Shown here piece by piece: positions 17,681-28,599 of a stretch of DNA of 64,000 nucleotides (its first letter is position 1; each line of letters begins with the position of its first letter). The notes below the pieces were generated by a model. The model worked only from the letters and a program-made list of their open reading frames with translations. It made no database searches and was not told where the DNA came from. Source of the DNA: Candidatus Poribacteria bacterium. Lineage in GTDB: Bacteria; Poribacteria; WGA-4E; PCPOR2b. The position numbers and the translations under genes were made by a program. The stretch spans positions 5,632,001-5,696,000 of the forward strand of contig OZ244587.1 in NCBI GenBank assembly GCA_965218095.1. The letters are read 5' to 3'.

Positions 17681-18497
17681 ACAGAGACGGGCGCTCGTTG
17701 AACCTGACCACCCCAAACTGAGTATGCGTCGTCAGTGTCAGTTGCTGGCGGTCTCTCGGTCAACGCTCTACTACCCACCCGCTGCAGAGTCGGAAGACAA
17801 TCTGCATCTGATGCGGCAAATAGATGAGCAGTATATGGAAACACCTTTCTATGGGAGTCGTCGAATGACATAGCATCTCAAGCGTCTTGGCTACCGTGTG
17901 AATCGCAAACGCATCAGGCGACTCATGCGTTTGATGGGCATAGAAGCAATTTATCCCAAACCCAAGCTCTCACCCATTAACAGCGAGCATCGGATTTATC
18001 CATACCTATTACGTGACTATGAGGTGACCGCTTCCAATCAAGTCTGGTCGGCTGACATTACATATATCCCGATGAATAAAGGGTTTATGTATTGGGTTGC
18101 GATACTCGACTGGTATAGTCGTTACGTCATCACTTGGGAGTTATCCAATAGTTTAGAGAGTCAGTTCTGTCTCGACGCCTTGCATCAAGCATTATGTGGG
18201 GCAACTCTTGCAATCTTCAATACCGACCAAGGTATCCAGTTTACCGCCAATGCTTTCACCGATACCATCGAAGCCGCTGGCATTGCTATGAGTATCGATA
18301 GCGCGGGTCGGGCCATTGACAACATTTACATCGAGCGGTTTTGGCGTTCGGTCAAGTATGAAGATGTTTACCAGAAACTGTACCCGACGGGACAAGCCCT
18401 TTTTGATGGATTAACTCATTATATGCGTTTCTATAATGAGAAGCGACCTCACCAGAGTCTCGATTATGCGACGCCGGCTGAGGTGTATCTCGGCTAA
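17677..18497 (+). pseudogene. IS3 transposase OrfB with in-frame stop
   Basis: DDE motifs WSADITY, NTDQG, IERFWRSVKYE; TAG at 17871-17873 in frame (GSRRMT*HL). Confidence 0.85.
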
Positions 18498-18707
18498 AGC
18501 AGTGTCGGTGACTCTCAATCATCTTACTTATTTATCCATTATTTTGGCATGGACAATGGGTCCACTTTACATAGTTGATTCTCCTATTAGAGTTTACGTG
18601 GTTTAAGAGCGTAGCATTCTATATAGAACGCTGCGTTTCTGTTGCCCCCTAAAAGGGGATTGGATTTGGAATATAAGCGAAATTCACCGTGCGACACATC
18701 TCGCGAA

Positions 18708-18901
18708 ATAACCCAAGTTGCGACCTATTCCAGAGAGACCGAGTTTTTGGTATACGTTTCCCAGATGCTGAGCAGATCGATTGCGTTTTCACCCAATTCG
18801 TGTCAATTCATCGTAAAAAACTCGGTTTCTGCCCTAGCAAGCGAGTCGCATGACGAGCGCGATAGTTTTCCTTGTCTTATCAAGGTGGCAACTCGGGTTA
18901 T
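18708..18901. mobile_element. MITE-like element carrying an AGAAACCGAG hairpin
   Basis: TIR ATAACCCAAGTTGCGAC / GTGGCAACTCGGGTTAT (15/17); internal inverted repeat 18733-18830. Confidence 0.65.
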
Positions 18902-19067
18902 ATTTAAACTGTGACAAGGATTTTGTCAACTTCTTTTTTTGCAAATAGAAATCGCGCGCCGACGTTGAGGAGCATACTCTTCCAAGCCGTGTGGGAGAAT
19001 CCCTTCTCAATTGGAAAGGTAGGAGGTGCAAATCGTGATAGACAAGGCACCCCACCTTTTTGCGCTA

Positions 19068-20300
19068 TCACTTCCAGCCTCGAACCATATAAGCCTGCAA
19101 GATACCGCTCTCGTCCGAATTGAAAAACCCCATGTTGCCATCTGGCGAGAGGAATGGGTGGATATGGCTACCTTTTTCCCAAGAAGAGCGTGGATTGAGC
19201 AAGAAGGTGATATTTCCCAGTGAACCCGTCTCATCAGCGGGCAACTCAGCCAGGTAGATTGCCCCGCCTTTGTCCCGGGGCCCCGCGTCCGTAATCAAAC
19301 ATCGTCCGGCGATGTCCGTGGCAAAATGATAGAAGTCGGGGTTTGGAAAGTGCCGCGACAGGTCGTTGCGCACGCCACCCGGCGTATTGATACCCAAATG
19401 CCCAACGTGAGGCAGCGCTTGTCCCTCAATGAGCTGACAACTCCTGGGTTCTCGAGTGGAAGTGCTGGTACAAGCCCTCGCGCTGCGACCAATCCAGCAT
19501 TGGTGCCCCTGGCAAAATTCAACCCCATCGCGTCCCCAAGGCAGGTCTCTAAGCTGCGTGCCATCGTCGCGGATGACGTGGATATCCGCACCAACTCCGC
19601 TGACCAGTCGGGTGACTTTTCCTGTCGCATCACAGGTATTCCTATGGTTCTCTTGGATCAGGATATCGTGTGCTTCCGCCGCGTCGAGGGAACGACTGTA
19701 CTGCGGGTGCATGTTGCACCACGTCTGTCCGTGGATGATGAGTTCGACGGTTGCTTCCTCCAGATCGAACACTATCAATCCCCAAGGGGCGCCTTCCGCT
19801 TTGCCATCGCCGAGAAAGGCAGAAATCGCCAGCCGCCTACCATCAGAGGAGATAGTGGACAGTGGATAAGGACGGCTTGGACGAAAATTCGTGCCGGGAA
19901 GCGGCGCGTCAACGGTCAGTACTGTATCCCTGCCGGAGCCATCCATACCGACTCGCTTGAGGGTCAATCTCCCGCCGCCGGGTCTAGTCTCATCGATAAA
20001 ATAGTAGAGGGTCGTTCCATCGGGCGAGACAGAGGGGGCAGTCGCGCCGATCTCTTCAGTAATTGGGATAAGTTCACAGTTATTCTCCAGGTCACAGATT
20101 AGATACCTGTGTTCCAGGTCACGCGGGTCCGACCCGTGTGGATGGGCGGAGCGATGCAGGATAAACCGCTTAGAATCCGGCGTGAAGATCTGTGCCTCCA
20201 TGTAGATATGTGAACATGGCACATCAACTTCGGTCGTTAATTGGATAACTTCCAACCTGTCAGGGCTGGTTTCATTTAACATATCGGGACGTTCTTTCAT
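19068..20300 (-). CDS. oligogalacturonate lyase-like beta-propeller protein
   Basis: HIYMEAQIFTPDSKRFI, HQCW, HIHPFLSPDG..FFNSD motifs. Confidence 0.7.
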   Translation of the reverse strand: MKERPDMLNETSPDRLEVIQLTTEVDVPCSHIYMEAQIFTPDSKRFILHRSAHPHGSDPRDLEHRYLICDLENNCELIPITEEIGATAPSVSPDGTTLYYFIDETRPGGGRLTLKRVGMDGSGRDTVLTVDAPLPGTNFRPSRPYPLSTISSDGRRLAISAFLGDGKAEGAPWGLIVFDLEEATVELIIHGQTWCNMHPQYSRSLDAAEAHDILIQENHRNTCDATGKVTRLVSGVGADIHVIRDDGTQLRDLPWGRDGVEFCQGHQCWIGRSARACTSTSTREPRSCQLIEGQALPHVGHLGINTPGGVRNDLSRHFPNPDFYHFATDIAGRCLITDAGPRDKGGAIYLAELPADETGSLGNITFLLNPRSSWEKGSHIHPFLSPDGNMGFFNSDESGILQAYMVRGWK

Positions 20301-20318
20301 TGTCTCTCCATATGCTCC

Positions 20319-21125
20319 TTACCACGCAGTCCACCCACCATCAACTAGCAGATTCTGACCGGTAATATAACTGCCAGCGTCACTCGCCAGTAACACGACA
20401 GCACCTTTCAACTCCTCGGGTCTGCCCATACGACCGAGCGGTACCTTCTCCTTCAGGAGAGGGATGAAGCCTTCAACACGGTCGCGGACCTCCGGCTTTG
20501 GGAATGGACCGGGCGCGATGGCGTTGACCCGGATATTATACTTCGCCCAGTAAGCCGCGAGATATCGGGTCAAATGTACCACACCGCCCTTCAGTGCGTG
20601 GTAATTCGGGGAGCTGTTGACCGGCAGCCCTTCGTAGACGCTCGGATAACTCGCCACGACCCCGTACATACTGGCGATGTTGATAATTGAGCCGGGGGCC
20701 TGGCGCTCGCGCAAATGGAGCATCACATCTCGTGCCAGCAGGAAATAGGCGGTCACTCCCACATGATAAGCCTGATCGAAGTCTTCAGCCGTAGCGGTGT
20801 CAATGTCCGGGGCGGCGCCTCCGTAGGCGTTATTGACCAAAACATCGATTTGTCCCATTCGTTCGACCACCTCGGCGACGAAGCCGGGGCTGGTGTCGGT
20901 CTCGCCCGGACTGAAACCCAAACCAAGATGTCCGCTGCCGCCGGGCAGCGTGGCAGCGAACTGGGCCGCCTGTTCAGCATCGCGGCTAGTGACCACGACC
21001 CGAGCGTCGGCTTCGGCAAGGGCGCGGCTCATAGCTGAACCCAGCCAGCCGCAAGCCCCGGTCACAATAGCAACTTTGCCCTGCAAGCTGAACAGATCCA
21101 GGACATTGCGTTCAGTGGAACTCAT
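20319..21125 (-). CDS. SDR-family oxidoreductase (gluconate 5-dehydrogenase-like)
   Basis: TGACGWLG, NNAY, YHALKGG (YxxxK), NLLVDGGWTAW. Confidence 0.9.
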   Translation of the reverse strand: MSSTERNVLDLFSLQGKVAIVTGACGWLGSAMSRALAEADARVVVTSRDAEQAAQFAATLPGGSGHLGLGFSPGETDTSPGFVAEVVERMGQIDVLVNNAYGGAAPDIDTATAEDFDQAYHVGVTAYFLLARDVMLHLRERQAPGSIINIASMYGVVASYPSVYEGLPVNSSPNYHALKGGVVHLTRYLAAYWAKYNIRVNAIAPGPFPKPEVRDRVEGFIPLLKEKVPLGRMGRPEELKGAVVLLASDAGSYITGQNLLVDGGWTAW

Positions 21126-21158
21126 GATATTCCTCCGTTTCAATGAAAAATCCCCAGG

Positions 21159-21295
21159 TTAATCCTTGAACAATGTTGTCACTACCGTCACTTCTTCAGT
21201 CCGGAATCCTTTCTGTTGAATTTGGAAACGGACTTCTCGCAAGACTAGTTGCTCGGGAATCGCGTCAAAGTATGCTTTTGTGATTCCGATCGACA
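21159..21295 (-). pseudogene. IS4-family transposase internal fragment
   Basis: Translates ..IPEQLVLREVRFQIQQKGFRTEEVTVVTTLFKD*. Confidence 0.55.
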
Positions 21296-21537
21296 ATCAC
21301 CTGGAATAAGCAGAATATCTCAAGACGAACCGCATAGAGGTCTTGGCTCAGTGCATCAGCACCCTACGTTATTGCGCCTGTAAAAGTTATCGTCTTGTAT
21401 ATTGTACACACAGGTTACATCATATTTACTTTCGGTGTCCTGCTGACGTTTCCTTATCCTGTTTTCGCGCCTATCCAAAAACGTCCAGCGCCGGTGCAGG
21501 ATGACCGCGCCATCGTAAGACAGCCCATGCATAGGCT

Positions 21538-21858
21538 TTATGTAGCATCAGGCGGTCGGCAGCCAGACGCAAATCCTAAGTTCATGTTGCTCTTCTGGCA
21601 GAAGCGAAGCGTCACGTTTTTTTCAAGCAATGTGAGAAGACGTTGTTGTTGAGCGGGGGACATCTGGCTGTGAGCAATTCGGAGTAATTCGTCAACAGGA
21701 AGCCTCTGCATTGCAAACAACTTGGCGTGCATCTCGTTCGGGGCGTTGATGCTTTGTGCCGCAAGCTGTTCAGGAGATTACTGAGTCAACTCTGCGATGT
21801 GTGCTAACAACCGGTACACCTGTTCAGGAAGCTCGATTGTGAGTCTTTGTGTAGCCAT
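21538..21858 (-). pseudogene. antitoxin-like small protein with in-frame stop
   Basis: MATQRLTIELPEQVYRLL...TQ*SPEQLAAQSI...QQQRLLTLLEKN; TAA at 21778-21780. Confidence 0.55.
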
Positions 21859-21909
21859 TTGATTGAAACACCAAATTAGAGAATTAAACCGGTTAAAGTA
21901 AAGCCCCTT

Positions 21910-22050
21910 CAGTAGCTAACACCTTTTAATTTCTCGCACATTTCTCCATCTGCACTGGATGTCGAGGCTTCAGCCGGGGCTTTCAAACTGGCGCTCCGGC
22001 TGAAGCCTCAACATCCTGAAATCCGCCAATTCAAAAAACGTTAGCGACTG
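21910..22050. mobile_element. MITE with TIR, target duplication and internal hairpin
   Basis: CAGTAGCTAAC / GTTAGCGACTG ends; AAGTAAAGCCCCTT at 21896-21909 and 22051-22064; hairpin 21957-22016. Confidence 0.8.
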
Positions 22051-22125
22051 AAGTAAAGCCCCTTTATCTTACCATATACGTTGGCAATAAGCAACTCACT
22101 TATCGGGCAACACAGCCACTGCTAG

Positions 22126-22299
22126 TTACCAAATATTTGACAACGCTTCAGCCGCCTTGTGACGAATCTCCCTCGATTTATCCTTCAACGCCTCTTGCAA
22201 CGCAGGCGCCGCGGCTTGTGAGGACTCACCCATATCTCCTAGCACATCAGTTACCTCAATGCCAACCTCCACTGATTCATTGTCCAATGCCTTTGTCAA
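22126..22299 (-). pseudogene. HEAT-repeat protein C-terminal fragment
   Basis: LTKALDNES...AAPALQEALKDKSREIRHKAAEALSNIW*. Confidence 0.6.
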
Positions 22300-22386
22300 G
22301 TTAAAAGATTAAAATATTACGATTGTTTTTCGATCAAAGTTATGCTATAGTAAAAACAGACACTCACCTGGAAAAACGAGGTATTT

Positions 22387-22653
22387 ATGAATAATCAAAG
22401 CACTGTTACACAACGTCCCAATCTGTTGTATATCCATTCCGATCAGCACAGTCCCGCTGTTACCGGCTGTTACGGCGACCCACTGGTGCAGACGCCAAAC
22501 CTGGATCGGCTTGCGGAGCAGGGGGTTGTGTTTGAGAATGTCTACTGTCTTTCCCCAATCTGTGTTCCTTCGCAGATGTCAATGTTGACCGGACAATACC
22601 CTTACGAGAACAAGGTCTGGACAAACGACCATATCCTCGATTTGAGGCGGTAA
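22387..22653 (+). pseudogene. sulfatase N-terminal fragment
   Basis: PNLLYIHSDQH, TPNLDRLA, CVPSQ (degenerate CxPxR); truncated at 88 aa. Confidence 0.8.
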
Positions 22654-22951
22654 TTTTATCGAAGCTCAGAAAAGTATACAAGGAGATGTTTTCAAACGCC
22701 TCCTTGGGACCACAAGAGAAAACCTTGTTCGGTTGGTGCTTAAACACCGTTAAAAACAAGTGACTGCTATCGTTGGGAATCAATATCGTCGAAGCTATTG
22801 GAAGGCGGCAAGTTTGATAACCGCCTGCGCGGAGGTGCTGCGTCTTCGAGGGAAGGAAGGGGAAGTACAATCCCTGATCAGTGAGATTCGGAATCAATTT
22901 CCGCGTCACCGCTTCGTTTCAGGCAGAACTGAAAGAGCAAGCGGAAGGTAA
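22650..22951 (+). pseudogene. C-terminal fragment of hypothetical protein
   Basis: AIVGNQYRRSYWKAASLITACAEVL...FPRH; no proper start. Confidence 0.45.
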
Positions 22952-23045
22952 CCTGAGAGTGTCTCTGAGAAGCGCCAAATCAACCCGAATTCAGACTAAA
23001 ACTTTTCAAGGTTGAAGATTGGAAATTTATTGGAATTGGAGTTAA

Positions 23046-23894
23046 ATGATGCTACAACAAGACCCATGGATTCCTATTGAACCGGATTGGGAAACGATTC
23101 TGGAAAAGTACCCCAATCCAATCCAGGCGCTCGCGGAGATGCGCACCCCTGCGCCGATTATCCGCCAAGCGTACAACCCAGATCACTGTGCGGGACTCAT
23201 CCAAAAGTTCATCGACAAAGATCTGATGTACGATCAGGACGCGCTTTACGCCGACCCCTCTATTGTTCCCCCGGAACGTATCGATATCGGCACAAGCCTT
23301 GCCAATCGTGGGAACTCTCCAGAGGATTTCTTTGCGCACGGCCAGGAAACCCATGACCTCTTCAAGACACTGTTCGATGGCTTCGATAATCCGGTTTCAA
23401 CCCTGTACGAGAATCTCGCCCGCCTTGCGCCCGGCAAGCGTGTAGTGACAGCGTATGAACCTGATGGTCGGCTGTATGGTCCCGCGATTTTCCGCATCCA
23501 CTACGGCGGCACCGCTTACCAGCCCCATTTCGATTCAGTCCGGTGGCGTGAGAATCGCGTCGATTATGCGGTCTATCGTTTCGAGCATCAGTTGGCTGGG
23601 CTGATCTGCTTTCAGAATTCCGAAATTAAAGGCGAAACTGCGCAAGCGATTCTGCATCGTTGTTTGTGGATGCCAGACATCAATGACCACATCCAGCAGG
23701 GGACCTTCCATCAGTATGCAGCGCAAAATAAGGTTGAAAACGTCCAGGTCGATTTAGAGGTCGGCGACCTCTACTTTTTCAACACCCGATGCATCCATGA
23801 AGTCCCCGGCGTCAAAGGTAAAGCGCCACGCGTTGTCCTTGCCATCTTCATCGGATATTCTCCGGATGATGAGGAAGTTTTCGTCTGGTCGTGA
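23046..23894 (+). CDS. 2OG-Fe(II) oxygenase-like protein
   Basis: PHFD (HxD)...GDLYFFN..CIHEV..R. Confidence 0.7.
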   Translation: MMLQQDPWIPIEPDWETILEKYPNPIQALAEMRTPAPIIRQAYNPDHCAGLIQKFIDKDLMYDQDALYADPSIVPPERIDIGTSLANRGNSPEDFFAHGQETHDLFKTLFDGFDNPVSTLYENLARLAPGKRVVTAYEPDGRLYGPAIFRIHYGGTAYQPHFDSVRWRENRVDYAVYRFEHQLAGLICFQNSEIKGETAQAILHRCLWMPDINDHIQQGTFHQYAAQNKVENVQVDLEVGDLYFFNTRCIHEVPGVKGKAPRVVLAIFIGYSPDDEEVFVWS

Positions 23895-24087
23895 AAATGC
23901 CTTGCGCCAGCAATTCCCGATTGGTGAGAATGCTCGCGTCGTGAAACCGATAGTCCTTAGATTTGAGTCGGTAGTAGTATCGCAGCCGTCCTTCTTCTAC
24001 CTCGCATCTGAGGTCATCGGGAGAGATCTTTAACATCTTCGCTGCTTCATTGAGGTTATACTCAATGGTGCAGCCACGTATTCGCAT
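23848..24087 (-). CDS. small HTH (excisionase/MerR-like) DNA-binding protein
   Basis: YNLNEAAKMLKISPDDLRCEVEEGRL; RBS AGGAAGG. Confidence 0.6.
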   Translation of the reverse strand: MRIRGCTIEYNLNEAAKMLKISPDDLRCEVEEGRLRYYYRLKSKDYRFHDASILTNRELLAQGIFTTRRKLPHHPENIR

Positions 24088-24229
24088 TGGTTTTCCTTCC
24101 TTGCGTCTCTCCTTGTCAGGAGAACCAACGCTGAAAATTTCGAGAAAGTTGCGAGATTTATACCAGCGAACGGCGCAGGGGCTCATATCACGCAACTCTA
24201 TCACTCAACAATCTACCAGGAGAGAAACA

Positions 24230-25240
24230 ATGCAACTCAAATTTGCTTATCTAGGCGCATGGCACAGCCACGCCAGCATGCACACCCGTGAGGCAACAGA
24301 GCGTCCGGAGGAATTTCAACCTATTGGATTCTACGACCCAGATCCGGCGGTCGTTGCGAGAAGAGAGCAGGAGTGGTCTGAATCCTTTCCTGACCTCACC
24401 GTTTTTCCATCAGTCGAAGCGGTATTGGACAGCGACGCTCAAGCGGTCATCGTCGAAGGGCATGTTTACCAGAATTTGGACTACGCAGAGCAGGCGCTTG
24501 AAGCGGGTAAACATGTGTTGCTCGAAAAACCGGCAGGCGTCGATCTGGAACAATTGAAGCGGATCCACAAACTCTCGGAGCGCAAGGGACTGAGCCTTCA
24601 GATGGCGTATATGTGGCGGTACAATCCCACTATCCACGAGATCCTCCGGCTGGCTAAATCGGGGGCGTTGGGTAATATTTTCTACTATCGTGGGCACATT
24701 CCCAAGCCCATATTGTGGCATCCGCAGTTAGAGAAAGAGTTCAAGGTTTATCACGGCGGGATCTACTTCGAGATGGCTGGCCACCTGATTGATCTGATGG
24801 TCATCATGATGGGCGAGCCGAAGGCGGTGCAGCCCTCCTTGGGACGACACTACGACAACCGATCCGAGGTGGATAACGCAGTCGTCGTCCATGAATTTGA
24901 AAGTGGGCTCGGCACAATTGACACGGCAGGCATGCACGTTGAGAGCGGCAAAACCCGCCGCATTGAAGTGTACGGCACGAAGGGTACGGCCATCCATACG
25001 CCCATCGGCTCGGATAACCTCAGCCTGAGTTTAGAAGCGGATGTCGAAGGCTACACAGCGGGTTCGCAAGATGTGACCATTACTCGGTCGTCAGCCTCTA
25101 GATCGCTGTTGCGAGAGCTCGCCGCCTGTATTCGAGGAGAAAAACAGCCAGATTACACGCTAGCGCATGATAGGGCTGTACAGCGGACACTATTTGCCGG
25201 TTGTGGCATAACAGACGGAGATGCGCTTAGGTCTACGTGA
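24230..25240 (+). CDS. Gfo/Idh/MocA oxidoreductase
   Basis: AGKHVLLEKP, GHLID; RBS AGGAG. Confidence 0.88.
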   Translation: MQLKFAYLGAWHSHASMHTREATERPEEFQPIGFYDPDPAVVARREQEWSESFPDLTVFPSVEAVLDSDAQAVIVEGHVYQNLDYAEQALEAGKHVLLEKPAGVDLEQLKRIHKLSERKGLSLQMAYMWRYNPTIHEILRLAKSGALGNIFYYRGHIPKPILWHPQLEKEFKVYHGGIYFEMAGHLIDLMVIMMGEPKAVQPSLGRHYDNRSEVDNAVVVHEFESGLGTIDTAGMHVESGKTRRIEVYGTKGTAIHTPIGSDNLSLSLEADVEGYTAGSQDVTITRSSASRSLLRELAACIRGEKQPDYTLAHDRAVQRTLFAGCGITDGDALRST

Positions 25241-25321
25241 GGCTAAAAATGGGGTCGTTTGATTTAGCACCGAGCGATTTTAATGATCTGGCGAGTCAGT
25301 CAGGAGCTTAGGGGTATAAAA

Positions 25322-25375
25322 ATGTTCGTTGGCGTGGATGGGTGTAAAGCTAGCTGGTTCGCTGCGGGCTGCTAG
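25322..25375 (+). pseudogene. diverged 5' stub of DUF429 gene
   Basis: MFVGVDGCKASWFAAGC* vs MFIGVDGCKAGWFAVGL. Confidence 0.75.
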
Positions 25376-25403
25376 CCCGTTCATCAAACGTGAATGGTTT
25401 TGA

Positions 25404-26123
25404 ATGATGTTCATTGGTGTAGATGGCTGCAAGGCGGGGTGGTTTGCTGTTGGACTGACAGGCGACAATCGCTGGCGGGTTGATGTTTTTCCGGATATGT
25501 CTAGCCTTTGGGCTCGGTACAGTCAGGCGTCGGTGATACTGGTTGATATCCCTATTGGCCTGAGAGAAGATGGTACGGGTGAACGCCGCTGCGACCCTGA
25601 AGCCCGGAAGTTGCTCGGTCCAAGGCGTTCGAGTGTGTTTCCCGCGCCGTGCCGGGGGGCGATCTATGCGCAGTCATATCAGGAAGCCTGCGATGTCAAT
25701 CAACGACTGATAGGCAAACGATTGTCTGTTGAAAACTGGAATATTATCCCCAAAATTCGTGAGGTCAATTGCTTACTTTCGGGCGACGCCTCCGCGAGAG
25801 ATCGCATCAGAGAAACCCATCCGGAACTCTGTTTTTGGGGATTGGCGGGTCGTCCGATGCAACACGCCAAAAAGCGGAGTGAAGGATTGTCGGAACGGAC
25901 ACAGCTCCTCCAGTCAATTTATCCACAGACTGCCGATATTATCGCCCATGTGCTATCCACCTATAGGCGCAAAGATGTAGCAAGGGACGACATTCTCGAT
26001 GCACTATCCGCCGCAGTGACAGCCATGATAGGGGGACAAAATCTTGCATCCATTCCACAAGAACCGGAGTTTGATAATCGGGGATTGCGTATGGAAATGG
26101 TATACTATAATTATACAGCGTAA
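25404..26123 (+). CDS. DUF429 family protein (predicted RNase H-like nuclease)
   Basis: GVDGCKAGW, VDIPIGL, ETHPELCF, DDILDA. Confidence 0.85.
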   Translation: MMFIGVDGCKAGWFAVGLTGDNRWRVDVFPDMSSLWARYSQASVILVDIPIGLREDGTGERRCDPEARKLLGPRRSSVFPAPCRGAIYAQSYQEACDVNQRLIGKRLSVENWNIIPKIREVNCLLSGDASARDRIRETHPELCFWGLAGRPMQHAKKRSEGLSERTQLLQSIYPQTADIIAHVLSTYRRKDVARDDILDALSAAVTAMIGGQNLASIPQEPEFDNRGLRMEMVYYNYTA

Positions 26124-26223
26124 ACCGATGAATTGAGACGTTGCGCAAGTCTGGTTGCCCTATCAGCAGAATAGGGCAGATTTATACGAAACCCTGTACG
26201 AACTTATGAAATGAACCACTCAG

Positions 26224-26439
26224 TTGCTAGCGTTTGAGATGCTGAATCCCTGGGATGTGAACCGCGATAACATGGTGGACATTTTTGATCTGGTGCTCGT
26301 TGCCGGAGAATTTGGCAAATCTCCGCCTGATCATCCGGCGGTAGATGTCACTGGTGATGAGGTCGTGAACATTTTCGATCTTGTCTTCGTTAGCGGACAC
26401 TTTGGTGAAAGCTACGGTGCAGTCGAATTAAAGAAATGA
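26224..26439 (+). pseudogene. dockerin-like C-terminal fragment
   Basis: Two DVNxDxxVxIFDLV..FG repeats; no signal peptide or N-terminal domain. Confidence 0.65.
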
Positions 26440-26444
26440 ACCCC

Positions 26445-27368
26445 TTAATTTTCACCCTTTGAAGGTAAGTCAACCTTCGTATTCGACATCTGCTCCAACG
26501 CGAGCATCAAGGCGTGTATCCCCAAGCGTCCATGCCCCTGGGCTTGGACAGCAAGGTAAAGCTGATGCACGAGGGCGAGTCCAGGGAGACTGAGGTTCAT
26601 TTTCTTTGCCTCGTCCAGTGCGATCCCCATGTCTTTGATGTAATGTTCGGCAAAGAAGCCGGGATCGAAATTGCGCTCAAGGATGCGCGGCGCAACATTG
26701 TCGAGGGTCCAGCAACTCGCTGCGCCCTTGCTAATCGACGAGAGCATCGTTTCCACGTCTAGGCCGGCCTTGTAGCCGTAGATCAACGCCTCGCAGACGC
26801 CGATGATTGTTCCTGCAAAAGTAATCTGATTGCACATCTTGGTGTGCTGCCCTGCGCCCGCTCCACCTTGATGGACGATGTTTTGCCCCATTGCTTCAAA
26901 GAGAGGCATGACCACTTCAACAGCATCAGCATCGCCGCCCACCATAATAGACAGCCGTGCCTCTCGCGCTCCAATATCCCCGCCCGATACCGGGGCATCG
27001 ATCGCGGAGACGCCCCGCGCTTTGGCGTCCTCATAAATCTCCTGTGACAGCGATGGCTCGGTGGTTGTCATGTCAACAATAATGCCCCCCGACTTCGCAC
27101 CTTTTAAGATGCCATTTTCGCCGAGATATACCTCACGCACATCTGGCGGAAAACCGACGATGGTGAAGGTCACGTCCGATGCCTCAGCGACTTCACGGGG
27201 GGAATCTACCCAGGTTGCCCCGGCATCCAGTAGGTGCTGCGACTTCGCTTTTGTGCGATTGTAGACGGTCGCCGAATATCCGAGGTCCATGATGTGCTGG
27301 CACATCCAGCGTCCCATGACGCCGGTCCCAATCCAGCCGATTTTTGTCCTTGAAGGATTAACTTTCAT
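26445..27368 (-). CDS. NAD(P)-dependent beta-hydroxyacid dehydrogenase (2-hydroxy-3-oxopropionate reductase-like)
   Basis: [22 protein letters not shown]. Confidence 0.9.
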   Translation of the reverse strand: MKVNPSRTKIGWIGTGVMGRWMCQHIMDLGYSATVYNRTKAKSQHLLDAGATWVDSPREVAEASDVTFTIVGFPPDVREVYLGENGILKGAKSGGIIVDMTTTEPSLSQEIYEDAKARGVSAIDAPVSGGDIGAREARLSIMVGGDADAVEVVMPLFEAMGQNIVHQGGAGAGQHTKMCNQITFAGTIIGVCEALIYGYKAGLDVETMLSSISKGAASCWTLDNVAPRILERNFDPGFFAEHYIKDMGIALDEAKKMNLSLPGLALVHQLYLAVQAQGHGRLGIHALMLALEQMSNTKVDLPSKGEN

Positions 27369-27446
27369 CCGATTTTTGCCTCCTTAATTTGTATCCAACC
27401 TTCCGAAGGCCCTCAAAATATGGGTTAGATCAAGACTTTTCACATA

Positions 27447-27660
27447 CTTTTTCGCAATAAGTCGTTACAGGCTTTTAATAAAGTGCAAGGACGCTAGGGT
27501 GCTAAGACGCAAAGAAAAGCAGAAACAACCCCTCCAACCTCCCCTGTGGTGCTACGCACCACACCCCTCTAACTCCCCCTTGTAAAGGGGGAGAACCTTC
27601 GTAAGGGGAGGCTTACAACTCTGTGTCTTTGCGACTTTGCGTTAAATGAAGCGAAAAGCC
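27447..27660. repeat. composite repeat/MITE
   Basis: TTCGCAATAAGTC end shared with 40740; nested CTCCCCCTTGTAAAGGGGGAG and GTGGTGC..GCACCAC palindromes. Confidence 0.55.
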
Positions 27661-27665
27661 ATTAT

Positions 27666-28049
27666 CTACTCATTGCGTACTTTTTTCGCCGTAACAGATT
27701 CAACGAGATCATAGAGTGGGACTTCAATTTTCCGGAACGGCGGGCGTTTTTGCTTGACAGCTTCTTCGATTTGACGCATTGTCTCAATCGAAAACCACAA
27801 CTCTCCGCAGTCTCTGCACTCTTGCGCCGAAACATTTTCTAAAAGGCCAATACTCACGAAAGCGGGAATGGAAATCCAGAATCCCCAGTGCCACGATGTG
27901 GGCGTTGACCAAATCAGATTGCAGATGGAACTAAATATCACCCCGAAGATTACATAGGCGCCAATGATTGGTACAAGCCGTTCTGCACTGAACAGCGGGG
28001 CGCCGTTTGCGAATAAGACAACGCCTACAATAAAGAGTGCTGGAAGCAC
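27666..28049 (-). pseudogene. chimeric fragment: membrane protein joined to YgiT-type zinc-finger C-terminus
   Basis: TM segments then ENVSAQECRDCGELWFS...IEVPLYD (only the second CxxC). Confidence 0.5.
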
Positions 28050-28599
28050 ACCAAAAACGTCTATCAGGACCTCATATCGCCATTGAGAAAAGTTTCACCC
28101 GTGCCATGCGGACACGCGATTCTTCTCCCCTTCAGTACTGCAATCGATGCGTTCCTCTGCTGTGATTCGACGCCTATACTATATCTGCATTTGCCACAAA
28201 GTACAAGAAAAAAACTGAATGGATTGTTGGCACGATAAATAAACCTATGCCGCCTATTTTGAAGGAGTAAGGGAGCGGAGATGCAAGATAGCACGGATCA
28301 TCAGAATGAACGGATTTGTCTCAGGAGAATCCGTAAATTCTGTTAATCTGTGCTATAACGGAGTTGAAGGAGAGGAAGGAGCAGAAGGATAGAAGTCCAT
28401 TTTCTTCCTTTCATTCTGCCGATTGATGTTGACGCAGCTTCTACTTTCTGCTAGAATAATCTGTCACCTGGGGAGGCTAGATACGAGGCAGCAGTTGGAT
28501 CGACTAAAGAAGGAAGTTGGAGATAAGAAGTAAACGTACGCCTCAAGTCGACATCAACAGATTGGAGGTTTCCTCCGAACACTTCTGTGGATTTACACT

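Larger units (their letters stand above)
17311..18569 (+). mobile_element. IS3-family insertion sequence
   Basis: Imperfect TIRs TATAATGGTCCCCT / TAAAGTGGACCCAT; CAT duplicated at 17308-17310 and 18570-18572; orfA/orfB with A9G slippery site. Confidence 0.9.

Noticed and set aside
23848-24087. Prophage or ICE marked by an excisionase-like HTH
   Set aside because: No integrase, att/tRNA site or phage genes nearby
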